DNA of 32,000 bases from Acinetobacter wanghuae. Its GTDB lineage: Bacteria > Pseudomonadota > Gammaproteobacteria > Pseudomonadales > Moraxellaceae. A program made the position numbers and the translations under genes. The DNA lies in NCBI RefSeq assembly GCF_009557235.1, contig NZ_CP045650.1:1890001-1922000 (forward strand). Reading direction: 5' to 3'. Positions 15,933 to 26,010 of this stretch are shown in pieces (the stretch's first letter is position 1; each line of letters begins with the position of its first letter). Below the pieces are notes generated by a model. It did not search any database, was not told where the DNA came from, and was given only the letters and a program-made list of their open reading frames with translations.

Positions 15933-16049
15933 GACTTTCTCCTTAATTTTTTATCTATTTTTATTCTTAAGTCGCAAAATCCCTGCAACCTCGAATTATT
16001 TTGCCTTACTGTGTCATAGACTGCTGAAATTCTCAACAATTTTTATCAT

Positions 16050-16754
16050 TTATCGATATTCGTCAATCAGTGCATAAATTTGTCGTAAATTGGCATGACT
16101 GACTTTGAGTTTTTCGCCCTTAAACAGCTGAATAATTTGTTCTAATGTTTGTAATAATACTGACGCCTGATGTGAGCCATGGTTTAACAAATAATCAAAA
16201 ATTTGTTGATCTAAATGAATACCACGACGATCAAGAACGGATGAAACCAAACTATAACGATCTGCGTATAAACTCCCATTAGGAACCCGAGTACTCACCG
16301 CCTGCGTTAAACGTGATTGTAGATCAGGAAGTTCGAGTTTAAGTTCAATCGGTGCAAAACGAGATGAAAACACCAATTGCCCTCCACCTTCATTGTTATA
16401 ATTAATTAGGTGAAATACTGCTCTTTGCCAATGTGGTACGCCACTGATGGCTTCAATATCATCTAAAGCCACTAAATCATATTGATCAAGGGAACTAATG
16501 GCTTCAGTGGGTGCATCTAAAAGTTCCAATAAAGAAACTTTAATCGCTGACTTACCCACTTCTAAATAAGAATCACAAATGGCAGACAACAGGTGACTTT
16601 TACCTGAGCCTGCACCGCCATACACATAAAAGCGACTAATCAAGCCTGTATGCAGTTGACGAATGGCATCAATCACATGTCCCCAACCCGGACCTGAAAA
16701 ATCACTAATTCGGGCATCGAGCTGAGGTTCTATGTCTAATTGCAATTGACGCAT
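16050..16754 (-). CDS. hda: DnaA regulatory inactivator Hda (DnaA-related AAA+ protein)
   Basis: Walker A GGAGSGKSHLLSAICD, Walker B LVALDDIE, PDLQSRL (as in E. coli Hda LPDLASRL), and an N-terminal MRQLQLDI resembling the beta-clamp-binding motif QL(S/x)L. The 234-aa length matches Hda. Confidence 0.88.
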   Translation of the reverse strand: MRQLQLDIEPQLDARISDFSGPGWGHVIDAIRQLHTGLISRFYVYGGAGSGKSHLLSAICDSYLEVGKSAIKVSLLELLDAPTEAISSLDQYDLVALDDIEAISGVPHWQRAVFHLINYNNEGGGQLVFSSRFAPIELKLELPDLQSRLTQAVSTRVPNGSLYADRYSLVSSVLDRRGIHLDQQIFDYLLNHGSHQASVLLQTLEQIIQLFKGEKLKVSHANLRQIYALIDEYR

Positions 16755-16768
16755 ATTAAGGTAACGCC

Positions 16769-17989
16769 CTATTCATCAAGTGGTGAGTTTGGATTCATCT
16801 TAGCTTTTTTTTCATCAACTTGCAGTGATTTTGCTGATGAAGATTTCATTTCAATCTCTACATCAATCTCATCACTCTCAATATTGATTGTACCCGGTGT
16901 CGCAGCTTGAATCATGGTTTGACGTGGTGCGTATAAAGCACTCCGCTCATACCATTCTTTTAAATGCCGCAATAAAACAACAATTACAGCAGCCACGGGT
17001 AATGCAATCAGCATGCCGAGGAATCCACCTAATTGCGCACCCGCAAGCACTGCAAAAACGACAGCAACTGGCGATAGCCCAATTTTATCACCCAATAAGA
17101 ACGGTTGCAGAATATAACCTTCTATGGCTTGACCCACCATAAATACAACAATCACTAAGATGATTTGCATCCAATCCAAACCAAATTGGAACAATGTGGC
17201 AATCATGGCTGCAATAATACCGACAGCAAAACCTAGATAAGGAATGATACTAGCCAAGCCAGCGACCATACCAATGATTAAACCAACCTCAACGCCAATC
17301 AGTTGTAGACCAACCGCATAGACAATACCCAGCAGAACCATCACCAAGAATTGACCTTTAACAAAGGCACCTAAAACCGAGTGACATTCACCCACAATTT
17401 TCATCGTTTCAGGTTCATATTGACGCGGGATCAGTCCACGTAAATTGTCGAGCATTCGCCCCCAATCGAGCAAGAAATAGAAGGCAATAATCGGAATTAA
17501 AACCACGACACCACCGATCTGCAAGAAGTTCAATCCAGACTGCGCGACTTTCATTGCCATGGCTTGAATACTGTCAGCGCTGTAGTTGGTCTGCACATAA
17601 TCCATCACTGCAATCGTGATTTGATTGGTATCAATTTCCATGGGAACAAGGTTAAAAGTTTGAGATACCCAAGGAAGTAAATTATAATTAATCCAATGAA
17701 TACCTTCAGGAATATGCGACTTTGCATACATGAGCTGTTGCCATACCAATGGCACTAGATACCAAAGTGCCAAGGTGAGTACCACACCAATGCCGATAAA
17801 CACACAGCTAATTGATAACCAACGTGGCAAACCCATATGATGTAGTCGATCGACCAGTGGGCTAAATAAATAAGCCACTAAAAAGGCACCAACAAATGGC
17901 AATAAAACGGGTTTAAGCAAATACAAAACCCAAACGATCAACGCAATTCCTGCGAGGATAAAAATACGACGCAAAGTACGATCTACCAT
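16769..17989 (-). CDS. AI-2E family transporter (PerM/YhhT-like permease)
   Basis: Multi-TM protein with the conserved C-terminal region IEGYILQPFLLGDKIGLSPVAVVFAVLAGAQLGGFLGMLIALPVAAV. It lies 14 bp upstream of hda on the same strand. Confidence 0.85.
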   Translation of the reverse strand: MVDRTLRRIFILAGIALIVWVLYLLKPVLLPFVGAFLVAYLFSPLVDRLHHMGLPRWLSISCVFIGIGVVLTLALWYLVPLVWQQLMYAKSHIPEGIHWINYNLLPWVSQTFNLVPMEIDTNQITIAVMDYVQTNYSADSIQAMAMKVAQSGLNFLQIGGVVVLIPIIAFYFLLDWGRMLDNLRGLIPRQYEPETMKIVGECHSVLGAFVKGQFLVMVLLGIVYAVGLQLIGVEVGLIIGMVAGLASIIPYLGFAVGIIAAMIATLFQFGLDWMQIILVIVVFMVGQAIEGYILQPFLLGDKIGLSPVAVVFAVLAGAQLGGFLGMLIALPVAAVIVVLLRHLKEWYERSALYAPRQTMIQAATPGTINIESDEIDVEIEMKSSSAKSLQVDEKKAKMNPNSPLDE

Positions 17990-18123
17990 AGAGTCTCGCC
18001 TTTTTTCAATGAATCATTATAAAAAGTAAAATATTTCAATAAAGATAGCATTTTAGGGCATAAATAACATAAGAGTTTCGTATATTCAGGTTATAATCCC
18101 CGCGCGAATGCGGAGACTTCATT

Positions 18124-19194
18124 ATGAGCAACTCAACTTCTACCCCAAACACTGGTTTAAGCTACAAAGATGCAGGTGTCGATATTGAAGCGGGCGACTT
18201 ATTAGTCGATCGAATCAAATCTGTCGCTAAGCGTACCAAACGTCCTGAAGTGATGGGCGGACTCGGCGGCTTCGGTGCCCTTTGTAAAATTCCTAAAGGT
18301 TATGAAGAACCTGTTCTCGTATCTGGCACGGATGGTGTAGGTACAAAACTACGTTTAGCATTGAATTTGAACCGTCATGACACGATTGGTCAGGACTTGG
18401 TGGCAATGTGCGTAAACGATCTTTTGGTTTGTGGTGCTGAACCATTATTCTTCCTCGACTACTATGCAACAGGTCACTTAAATGTTGATGTTGCAGCCAA
18501 TGTAGTGACTGGTATTGGCGCAGGGTGTGAACTTGCAGGTTGTGCCTTAGTCGGTGGTGAAACTGCTGAAATGCCGGGGATGTATGAAGGCGAAGATTAC
18601 GATCTTGCAGGCTTCTGTGTCGGTGTGGTTGAGCAAAGCAAAATTATTGATGGCTCTAAAGTTAAAGCAGGTGATGTTCTGATTGGTGTTGCATCTTCAG
18701 GTGCACACTCAAATGGTTACTCATTACTTCGCAAAATTTTAGATGTAAAAAATGTTGATTTAAACCAAATCATTGATGGTCGTCCACTTGCTGATGTCGC
18801 AATGGAACCAACACGCATTTATGTCAAATCAATTCTTGAATTATTAAAACATGTTGATGTTCACGCAATGGCGCACATCACGGGTGGCGGTCTACCCGGT
18901 AACTTACCTCGCGTATTGCCGAATGGTGCTCAAGCCATTGTCAACGAATCATCTTGGCAGTGGCCTGCACTATTCCAACTTCTACAAAAAGAAGGTGGTG
19001 TTGAACAGTTCGAAATGTATCGTACCTTTAACTGTGGTGTTGGTATGGTGCTTGTGGTTGATGCAAATGATGCAGAGCAAGCCGTTGAGTTGTTAAACCA
19101 ACTGGGCGAAAAAGCATGGAATATGGGTCACATTGCAGATAATGCTGAATCTGTTGAAGGTGCAGACGAAAAAATCCGTGTGATTTTTGCATAA
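18124..19194 (+). CDS. purM: Phosphoribosylformylglycinamidine cyclo-ligase (AIR synthetase)
   Basis: [68 protein letters not shown]. Confidence 0.95.
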   Translation: MSNSTSTPNTGLSYKDAGVDIEAGDLLVDRIKSVAKRTKRPEVMGGLGGFGALCKIPKGYEEPVLVSGTDGVGTKLRLALNLNRHDTIGQDLVAMCVNDLLVCGAEPLFFLDYYATGHLNVDVAANVVTGIGAGCELAGCALVGGETAEMPGMYEGEDYDLAGFCVGVVEQSKIIDGSKVKAGDVLIGVASSGAHSNGYSLLRKILDVKNVDLNQIIDGRPLADVAMEPTRIYVKSILELLKHVDVHAMAHITGGGLPGNLPRVLPNGAQAIVNESSWQWPALFQLLQKEGGVEQFEMYRTFNCGVGMVLVVDANDAEQAVELLNQLGEKAWNMGHIADNAESVEGADEKIRVIFA

Positions 19195-19203
19195 GCCCAT
19201 ACC

Positions 19204-19833
19204 ATGATTAAAATTGCTGTACTTGTTTCAGGCAGTGGTTCTAACCTGCAAGCCTTGATTGATGCCAATCTATCAGGGCAGATTGTTGGGGTGATTTCCA
19301 ATAAGCCTGAAGCTTACGCTTTAGAGCGTGCAAAAAATGCAGCTATTGCAACGGCTGTCATTGAACACAAACACTTCCCACATCGCGAAGCATTTGATGA
19401 TGTCATGCATCAGCAATTGCTCGCTTGGGATGTTGATTTGGTAGTACTTGCAGGCTTTATGCGAATTTTGAGTGCGAAATTCGTTAAAGCATGGCAAGGG
19501 AAAATGGTGAATATCCACCCTTCTCTATTGCCTTATTATAAAGGTATGCATACTCATCAACGTGTCCTAAACACAGGTGATCGCTTGCATGGTTGCACAG
19601 TGCATTATGTCACTGCGGAACTTGATGCAGGTCAAGCCTTGGCACAAGGTGTAATTCAAGTTGGTGTACATGATACTGCTGAGACTCTAGCCACTCGAGT
19701 GCATCATCTTGAGCATCTGATCTATCCACAAGTTGTGGAGTCGATCTGTACCCAGACAATTCAATACACAGACAATGGTGTGTTGTTCAAGGGTCGTCCA
19801 ATGGCTGAACCCATGCAATTCTGCAAGTTTTAA
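19204..19833 (+). CDS. purN: Phosphoribosylglycinamide formyltransferase
   Basis: IAVLVSGSGSNLQALID, VVLAGFMRIL, NIHPSLLPYYKG, HGCTVHYVTAELDAGQ. It lies immediately downstream of purM. Confidence 0.93.
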   Translation: MIKIAVLVSGSGSNLQALIDANLSGQIVGVISNKPEAYALERAKNAAIATAVIEHKHFPHREAFDDVMHQQLLAWDVDLVVLAGFMRILSAKFVKAWQGKMVNIHPSLLPYYKGMHTHQRVLNTGDRLHGCTVHYVTAELDAGQALAQGVIQVGVHDTAETLATRVHHLEHLIYPQVVESICTQTIQYTDNGVLFKGRPMAEPMQFCKF

Positions 19834-19847
19834 TCAAATTTTAGCAA

Positions 19848-19880
19848 TAAAAAAACGCATCCTCGGATGCGTTTTTTTAT
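19848..19880. terminator. Bidirectional rho-independent terminator between purN and the convergent hydrolase gene
   Basis: AAAAAAACGCATCC (19849-19862) / GGATGCGTTTTTTT (19866-19879). Confidence 0.75.
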
Positions 19881-19897
19881 TGCTTCAGAGATTACAC

Positions 19898-20704
19898 CTA
19901 TGCAGACTGACGTTTGGCAATCAGTTGTTTAAGCAAGGCTACAATCTCGAATGGGCGTTCTAAGGGGAACATATGCCCACCTTCAACCACCGTATACTCA
20001 ATACCAAATTTCTGCTTAATCATTTTTGGGAAACCCGGTTTAAGGAAAGGTCCTTTCTCTGCAACCACCAAATGCATTGGCACTTGTGGCTTCGGCTGCG
20101 GTAACCACCACAATGAAGGATTGGTTCTAAAAATATTGACTTCATCCATTTTTGGAATAGTCAGTTGCACACCACCACGAATCGGATCTTCTGTTAAAGC
20201 ATGATCAATATACGCTTGAAAACACTCGGCATCGAAATCCTGATAAAAACCTTTAGGACGCAATAACTCAGCCGCTTGCTCACGCGACTCCCAATGATCA
20301 CGACGGCGTAAAGACAATGCTGCCGGCGACATGGTATCCACAAGTTTCAGCTTCAATACTTTGGCAATATGCATACCAAAAGCATGCACACCCATAATTA
20401 AAGGTGGATCAAGCATAATTACTTGTTCAAATAACTCAGGACGTTTTAAAGCTGCTTGAAACGATAACACAGCACCAAGTGAATGCCCGATCGCAATCAC
20501 TTTGCGCCCTTGGGATTGTTGCACAATACTATCAATGACTTGTTGCGTTAGACTCTTCCAATGATTATCAATTGGATAACGATGATCAGGCCCAAGTAAC
20601 GGCGTATAGATCAAATCAAAGTCATCAGCAAGTGCATCAAACAGCTTTTGATAGACTTTTGATGGCACACCATTGGCGTGCGCGAAATGAATTAATGCTT
20701 TCAT
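19898..20704 (-). CDS. Alpha/beta-fold hydrolase
   Basis: Nucleophile elbow IGHSLGA (GxSxG), an HG-like N-terminus (IHFAHANG) and a C-terminal GGHMFPLE (catalytic His region). The start overlaps the sppA stop (ATGA). Confidence 0.75.
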   Translation of the reverse strand: MKALIHFAHANGVPSKVYQKLFDALADDFDLIYTPLLGPDHRYPIDNHWKSLTQQVIDSIVQQSQGRKVIAIGHSLGAVLSFQAALKRPELFEQVIMLDPPLIMGVHAFGMHIAKVLKLKLVDTMSPAALSLRRRDHWESREQAAELLRPKGFYQDFDAECFQAYIDHALTEDPIRGGVQLTIPKMDEVNIFRTNPSLWWLPQPKPQVPMHLVVAEKGPFLKPGFPKMIKQKFGIEYTVVEGGHMFPLERPFEIVALLKQLIAKRQSA

Positions 20705-21723
20705 TGTAATTTCGTATTATTTTCAGACTGGATCTGATTTGAAATTGAAGCGGCAATACCCTCACCAAAAGATGCACCCATACGACCTAAAATCGATTCA
20801 AGCGGATTATGCTCAATGGTATAGTTCAATGCTTTTTCAGTTTTCAATTCACGTTTCAGGGTTTGTAGACTACCGGTACGATCTGCAATACCCAATGCTA
20901 CAGCTTGCTCACCTGTCCAGAAAAGACCAGAGAAAATCGCAGGGTCCTGTGATTTTAGCTTGGTACCACGACCTTGTTTGACTGCATTGATAAAGTGACT
21001 ATGGACATTATCCAAAACACCTTGAACATGAGCTTTTTGCGCAGCATCCACAGGTTGTGTCATCGATAAAAGCGCTTTATTTTCGCCTGAAGTCATGGTG
21101 CGGTCTTCAACCCCAAGTTTTTGCATCAGGTTGTTGACCCCATAGTTTGGCATAATCACACCAATTGAACCGACAAGGCTCGATGGATTAACAATAATTT
21201 CATCAGCAGCTGAGGCAATATAATAAGCACCCGAAGCGCCTGTATCACCAATCACAGCATAAAGTTTTTTATTGGGATATTCTTTTTTCAAATAGCGAAT
21301 TTCTTGCCAAATTTCATCAGATTGAACAGGCGATCCACCCGGTGAGTTAATGTTAAGCACTACAGCTTTACTGTCTTTATTGGCAAAGGCTTTTTTTAGC
21401 GCTTTATTGGTATTGCTACTGTTTACACTTTGCTTATCTGCAGCAATCGTACCAATCACATCCACAACCGCAAGATGAGAACCTGATGTTGTGGTGGCAT
21501 CATTTGAGCTCGTACTACAGCTTTTGCCCAAGGCAAGAATAATAAATAACAAATATGCGAAGGTCAGAAATTTGAAGAAAATTCCCCAACGGCGCGCTCG
21601 GCGCTGTTCTTCTACAGAAGATAAGACTGCTTTCTCAAGCAACTTCCATTCAGGCCCTGTGGGCTCGGTAGGTTTTTGAATATTATGCGTTTGATTTTCA
21701 GTTTTTGGTGGCCAATCGGACAT
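20701..21723 (-). CDS. sppA: Signal peptide peptidase SppA, 36K type (peptidase S49)
   Basis: N-terminal TM (WGIFFKFLTFAYLLFIILAL). S49 motifs: VVLNINSPGGSPVQSDEI, GDTGASGAYYIASAADEI, SLVGSIGV. I prefer the ATG at 21723 (MSDWPPK); the track ORF extends to 21741. Confidence 0.85.
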   Translation of the reverse strand: MSDWPPKTENQTHNIQKPTEPTGPEWKLLEKAVLSSVEEQRRARRWGIFFKFLTFAYLLFIILALGKSCSTSSNDATTTSGSHLAVVDVIGTIAADKQSVNSSNTNKALKKAFANKDSKAVVLNINSPGGSPVQSDEIWQEIRYLKKEYPNKKLYAVIGDTGASGAYYIASAADEIIVNPSSLVGSIGVIMPNYGVNNLMQKLGVEDRTMTSGENKALLSMTQPVDAAQKAHVQGVLDNVHSHFINAVKQGRGTKLKSQDPAIFSGLFWTGEQAVALGIADRTGSLQTLKRELKTEKALNYTIEHNPLESILGRMGASFGEGIAASISNQIQSENNTKLQ

Positions 21724-21850
21724 AAATAATCCAAGAATCAAGTGATATTGTCGTCATTATATACATGGATTTCTTAAAATCTGTCTAAACTACGTGTTTT
21801 CACTTATAATAATTTTAATTAAATCATCATTCCGCGACTAAAAAGATTCA

Positions 21851-22825
21851 ATGAACGATCAAGGATCAAAGAATTCACTGTACGGTTTATTGAATTTTAC
21901 AAGCCGTTTGCCGCTTCAACTTTTACGTGGTTTTGCACGTGGGCTTGCAGCATTTATTAATGTTTTTGGTATTTCAAAAACATCGAATCATATTCGCCTG
22001 AATTTAAAGATTTGTTTGCCTGAACTTTCTGAGCAAGAACGCGAGCGCATCACGCGCCAAGCGATTCAAAACGAACTGATTTCTTATTTTGAGTTTTTTA
22101 ATATTTGGGGCTCAAGCAATCAAAAAAATATTGCGCGCATTCAACATATTTCAGGTGAACAGCTGATACACGATGCTTTAGCGGCTCAAAAAGGTTTGGT
22201 ATTGATCGTACCGCATTTTGGTACATGGGAAATCATGAATGCGTATATCGCACAATTTACTTCCATGACCATCATGTATAAACCCGTAAAAGATGAATCG
22301 GCTGATCGTTTCGTACGTGAAGCGCGTAGTCGAGAAAATGCCCATTTAGTACCAACCGATGAATCTGGCGTGCGGCAAATTTTTAAAGCGTTGAAACAAG
22401 GTGGAACGACGGTCATTTTGCCTGATCATACCCCACATGTGGGCGGTGAATATATTCCTTATTTTGGGGTTCCTTTAGCGACCAGTAATTTAAGTGCCAA
22501 ACTTATTCAAAAAACCAAAGCCAAAGTTTTATTCTTATATGCCAAGCGTAATCAAACCCAAGGTTTTGATATGTTTGTCGAACCCATTGATGAGCAAATT
22601 TACACTTGCGATGCGAATCAAGGCACACATATTATTTTAAACGCTTTAGAAACATTAATTCATCGCTACCCGGAACACTACCATTGGAGTTATAAACGCT
22701 TCAAAGCCAATCCAGAGATTGGCAATATCTACGACATTAGCCCTGACGAAGCACTACAGCGAATTAACACCCTGCGTGAAAAAGCAAAAAATCAGGCTAA
22801 TTTAGAGTCATCGTCTTACGATTAA
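21851..22825 (+). CDS. Lipid A biosynthesis late acyltransferase (LpxL/LpxM, HtrB/MsbB family)
   Basis: LVLIVPHFGTWE carries the HX4E acyltransferase motif, ILPDHTP matches the family LPDQ region, and YPEHYHWSYKRFK matches the conserved C-terminus (QYxWxYxRFK). Confidence 0.8.
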   Translation: MNDQGSKNSLYGLLNFTSRLPLQLLRGFARGLAAFINVFGISKTSNHIRLNLKICLPELSEQERERITRQAIQNELISYFEFFNIWGSSNQKNIARIQHISGEQLIHDALAAQKGLVLIVPHFGTWEIMNAYIAQFTSMTIMYKPVKDESADRFVREARSRENAHLVPTDESGVRQIFKALKQGGTTVILPDHTPHVGGEYIPYFGVPLATSNLSAKLIQKTKAKVLFLYAKRNQTQGFDMFVEPIDEQIYTCDANQGTHIILNALETLIHRYPEHYHWSYKRFKANPEIGNIYDISPDEALQRINTLREKAKNQANLESSSYD

Positions 22826-25238
22826 GCCAGCGCTGTTCATTGCGTTGCATATTGAGCTGTAAAACCGAGCCTTGCATTTTGAAGTGAATACTACCTGCCT
22901 CTGCCGTGTTCAGTAAGGGAATATTCAAATCTTTTAATCGTTGCTGTGTTAAGGGACTTGGATGGCGATAACGGTTAAATTTTCCGGCTGAAGCAATCGC
23001 AAGTTTAGGTTTGTAATACTCTAAAAAATCATAAGCCGAACTATTGTGACTACCATGATGCCCAAGCACCAAGACATCCACTTTTAAATCTGGATAATGC
23101 TGTAATAGTTCAAATTCTGTTTGCCAACCCGCGTCTCCCATTAATAAGAAATATTGATATGGCCCTTGATTGGGAATGTAAACATGCAATACACACGACA
23201 TTTCATTTTTATTAAAATTTCGCGGTTTATGCTCGTATTGCGCTGGAGATAAGACCTGTATCTGCACCTGCTCACTTAAATTCAATCGTTGCCCTCGATA
23301 GCAAAGTTGAAAACGTGAACGCGCTGCTGTCGATATAAATTCATTGGCATACACATGATTCACTTTAAGCTGATGCTTAATCGATTCATATCCTCCACTA
23401 TGATCTTGATCTAAATGGGTCAGTAATAAATGATCCAGCTTTGCGACACCATTCACGGATAAAAATGGCAAGATAATTTGCTGACCCACACTAAATTTTT
23501 CTTCATCATAATAACCACCCGTATCGACCAACATATTAGATATCGTGTCTTGAATAAAAATAGATTGCCCTTGCCCGACATCTAAGATTGAAAGCTGAAT
23601 ATCCTGTTGATGATTCGGCATGATTAATGGAAAGAGTGCAATCGCTGCCCAAGATTTAGGCAAGATGCCTCTCGGTACAAATAGAATTATTAAGCCTAAT
23701 ATCGATAACAGAACCATCCAGCTGTTCATTGCCATGGGAATCAGTTTGGGTGCAAATAAACGATCAATAAAGTTTAATAAGCCAATGAGGAGCTGCATAA
23801 ACAGATCATTAAGCTGAAAGATCAAACTCGATAAAGGTTCGGAAATAAAAAAGAGCAACGCTGCTAAAATATCAAGTGGAACGATGATCAGACCAATCCA
23901 AGGAATTGCAATGAGATTACTCAAAGGTGTAATCCATGCCACTTGTTTAAAGAAAATGATCATTAAGGGAAACAATGCTAAAAAGATTTTCCACTGCGAT
24001 TCGACCAAGACTTTTAAACCCAAATACAGCTTATCCCGCACACTTAAAAAGTCTTGCTGTGGTTGCTGCTGTAAAGTTTGATAAATACGGAGCAAGACAA
24101 AACATGCGCCATAGGACAGCCAAAAAGCGGCAGATAAAATACTAAAAGGATCGAACAGTAACAATATGGCAGCGCTGTAAAGAAGCAGTTTAATGGGCTG
24201 AAGCTGTTGTTGAATAAGCAGTGCCAAACTAATGATAAACGTTATCAAAAAAGTGCGCATGGCTGGAATTTCAAAGCCAACAAAAGCGCAGTACAAAAAG
24301 ACACAGGCTAAAAATGGAATGCAGAGTAAATATTGCCGTGGCCAACGCAGAAAAATCGAAGGCCATTGTTTTGCGAAAAACCATTGCAATGACAAACAAA
24401 CCATAAAAGCAAAAATCACCACATGTGGCCCTGAAATTGCCAGTAAATGACTCATCCCAAAACGTTGAAATTGTTGCTGCGTGGTTTTAGAGAGTAGGCT
24501 TTTATCACCTGTGAGTAATGCAAGTAATAAACCTTTTTGCCGAATCGGTTGTCGAATTAAAAAGCCACGTAGCTCAGATCGTTTACTTTCAACCCACAGT
24601 CTAAAATGGGCAGTAAGAGAATTTTGTGCGCTGACATGGCGGCTATATCCGAGCTGATAGACCTGTTGTGGGCTCAGTAACTCAGCATGTTTTACCCGAA
24701 ATCCAGCCATGATATTTTGTTCGATATACCATTTCTCGACATCAAATGCGCCTGGCGTTGCATAAGCTTGTGCAGGTCGAACTTCGCCGTGTAAGCGATA
24801 ATATTGTCCAAGCTTCAGCTCAGGCATATTTTGCAAATGAGTAGGCTCGGCTTTAATCGAAGCCATCCATTGCACATGTGAACCGTCGATATTCAATACA
24901 TCAATGGGCTGTTGAAGGCTATTCTCTGACCATCGATCCAAATGTTTGACATACGCAATAATATCTCGTTGACTCACCTCATGTTCGACATGCATAAGTC
25001 TCTGATTCAGCGCGTGGTTGGAATAAGCGTGCCCTAATATAAATGCAAACACAAAACTGCCCAAAGCAACTAAAAATTTAAACTTGGCTGTATGAAGTGG
25101 GGTATGAAAAAAACGGAAGAATAGAAACCACATACAGATCAGTGACATTACCTGCATGGCTGAGCATTCGATGTAAAGATGGCTTTTCCCCATCATCGCT
25201 AGACCTAAAATCCAGCCTAGACATAAGCATTGCAGCAT
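22797..25238 (-). CDS. comEC: DNA internalization competence protein ComEC/Rec2
   Basis: Polytopic competence domain (RFGMSHLLAISGPHV) plus a C-terminal metallo-beta-lactamase domain (LSILDVGQGQSIFI, LLLTHLDQDHSGG, VLGHHGS). The N-terminal start among several Met codons is uncertain. Confidence 0.85.
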   Translation of the reverse strand: MLQCLCLGWILGLAMMGKSHLYIECSAMQVMSLICMWFLFFRFFHTPLHTAKFKFLVALGSFVFAFILGHAYSNHALNQRLMHVEHEVSQRDIIAYVKHLDRWSENSLQQPIDVLNIDGSHVQWMASIKAEPTHLQNMPELKLGQYYRLHGEVRPAQAYATPGAFDVEKWYIEQNIMAGFRVKHAELLSPQQVYQLGYSRHVSAQNSLTAHFRLWVESKRSELRGFLIRQPIRQKGLLLALLTGDKSLLSKTTQQQFQRFGMSHLLAISGPHVVIFAFMVCLSLQWFFAKQWPSIFLRWPRQYLLCIPFLACVFLYCAFVGFEIPAMRTFLITFIISLALLIQQQLQPIKLLLYSAAILLLFDPFSILSAAFWLSYGACFVLLRIYQTLQQQPQQDFLSVRDKLYLGLKVLVESQWKIFLALFPLMIIFFKQVAWITPLSNLIAIPWIGLIIVPLDILAALLFFISEPLSSLIFQLNDLFMQLLIGLLNFIDRLFAPKLIPMAMNSWMVLLSILGLIILFVPRGILPKSWAAIALFPLIMPNHQQDIQLSILDVGQGQSIFIQDTISNMLVDTGGYYDEEKFSVGQQIILPFLSVNGVAKLDHLLLTHLDQDHSGGYESIKHQLKVNHVYANEFISTAARSRFQLCYRGQRLNLSEQVQIQVLSPAQYEHKPRNFNKNEMSCVLHVYIPNQGPYQYFLLMGDAGWQTEFELLQHYPDLKVDVLVLGHHGSHNSSAYDFLEYYKPKLAIASAGKFNRYRHPSPLTQQRLKDLNIPLLNTAEAGSIHFKMQGSVLQLNMQRNEQRWLNRKTMTLN

Positions 25239-25267
25239 TTTTTTATGATTCTATTTTGCTTTTTATT

Positions 25268-25300
25268 TTAGCTTATAATAAAGCCCACCGAGGTGGGCTT
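25268..25300 (-). terminator. Possible terminator after lolD
   Basis: AAGCCCACC (25281-25289) / GGTGGGCTT (25292-25300). On the minus strand it is followed by TTATTATAAGC, an interrupted T-tract, so this is a weak call. Confidence 0.4.
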
Positions 25301-25332
25301 CAATAAAAGGCGATCATTCCATTAATGAGAAC

Positions 25333-26010
25333 TTAAACCCACACGCCATCTTGCATATGTAAAATTGAATCTGCGGACTGTGCGAGCTGTTCATCATGGG
25401 TCACAATGAGCATCGCCATATTAAATTCACGACGTAAATCCGACAATAACTCAAAAATTTTGACCGCTGTTTTACGGTCCAAATTCCCGGTTGGTTCATC
25501 TGCCATCATCAGTTTAGGACGACCGACTAAAGCACGTGCCAAAGCCACACGTTGACGCTCACCACCAGACAACTCTCCCGGTTGATGGGTCAAACGATGT
25601 GATAAACCCACACGCTCAAGTAGATATTCCGCCTGTTGTTTGGCTTCTTTAAATTTGGTGTCTTTACGGAGCATGAGTGGCATTGCGACATTTTCAAGCG
25701 CGGTAAATTCTGGCAATAAATGATGGAATTGATAAACAAAGCCCAAATGCGCATTCCGTACATAGCCACGTTCAGCTTCTGACAAGGTATCAAAACGCTG
25801 TCCATTCACCATGACTTGACCCGATGTCGGACGATCTAGACCACCCAAAACATGCAGTAAAGTACTTTTACCTGAACCACTTGAACCCACAATAGAGACA
25901 AACTCACCCGCTTTGACTTGCAGTGAAATCCCACGAATCACATCCACTTTTGATTTACCATCAGTGAATGATTTTTGGATGTCTTGCGCCTCTAAAATGA
26001 TATTACTCAT
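25333..26010 (-). CDS. lolD: Lipoprotein-releasing ABC transporter ATP-binding protein LolD
   Basis: Walker A GSSGSGKSTLL, signature LSGGERQRVALARAL, Walker B LMMADEPTGNLD. The ATG at 26010 (MSNIILEAQDI) overlaps the permease stop by 8 nt. The longer track ORF (to 26073) is an out-of-frame run into the permease gene. Confidence 0.9.
   Translation of the reverse strand: MSNIILEAQDIQKSFTDGKSKVDVIRGISLQVKAGEFVSIVGSSGSGKSTLLHVLGGLDRPTSGQVMVNGQRFDTLSEAERGYVRNAHLGFVYQFHHLLPEFTALENVAMPLMLRKDTKFKEAKQQAEYLLERVGLSHRLTHQPGELSGGERQRVALARALVGRPKLMMADEPTGNLDRKTAVKIFELLSDLRREFNMAMLIVTHDEQLAQSADSILHMQDGVWV

Noticed and set aside
15933-16049. An ECF-type (GAACTT-N17-TCCAA) promoter upstream of the GlyGly-CTERM operon, which would link it to the neighbouring sigma factor.
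   Set aside because: Reading the minus strand of 15933-16049, I found no GAACTT-like -35 element with an appropriately spaced TCnnA. The link remains a proximity hypothesis only.
15801-16077. Plus-strand ORFs 15801..16019 and 15805..16077 across the 5' end of the 602-aa gene and its promoter region.
   Set aside because: They are antisense to the signal-peptide/CSLREA coding region and to the AAGGAG ribosome-binding site, and they extend into the hda stop. No support.
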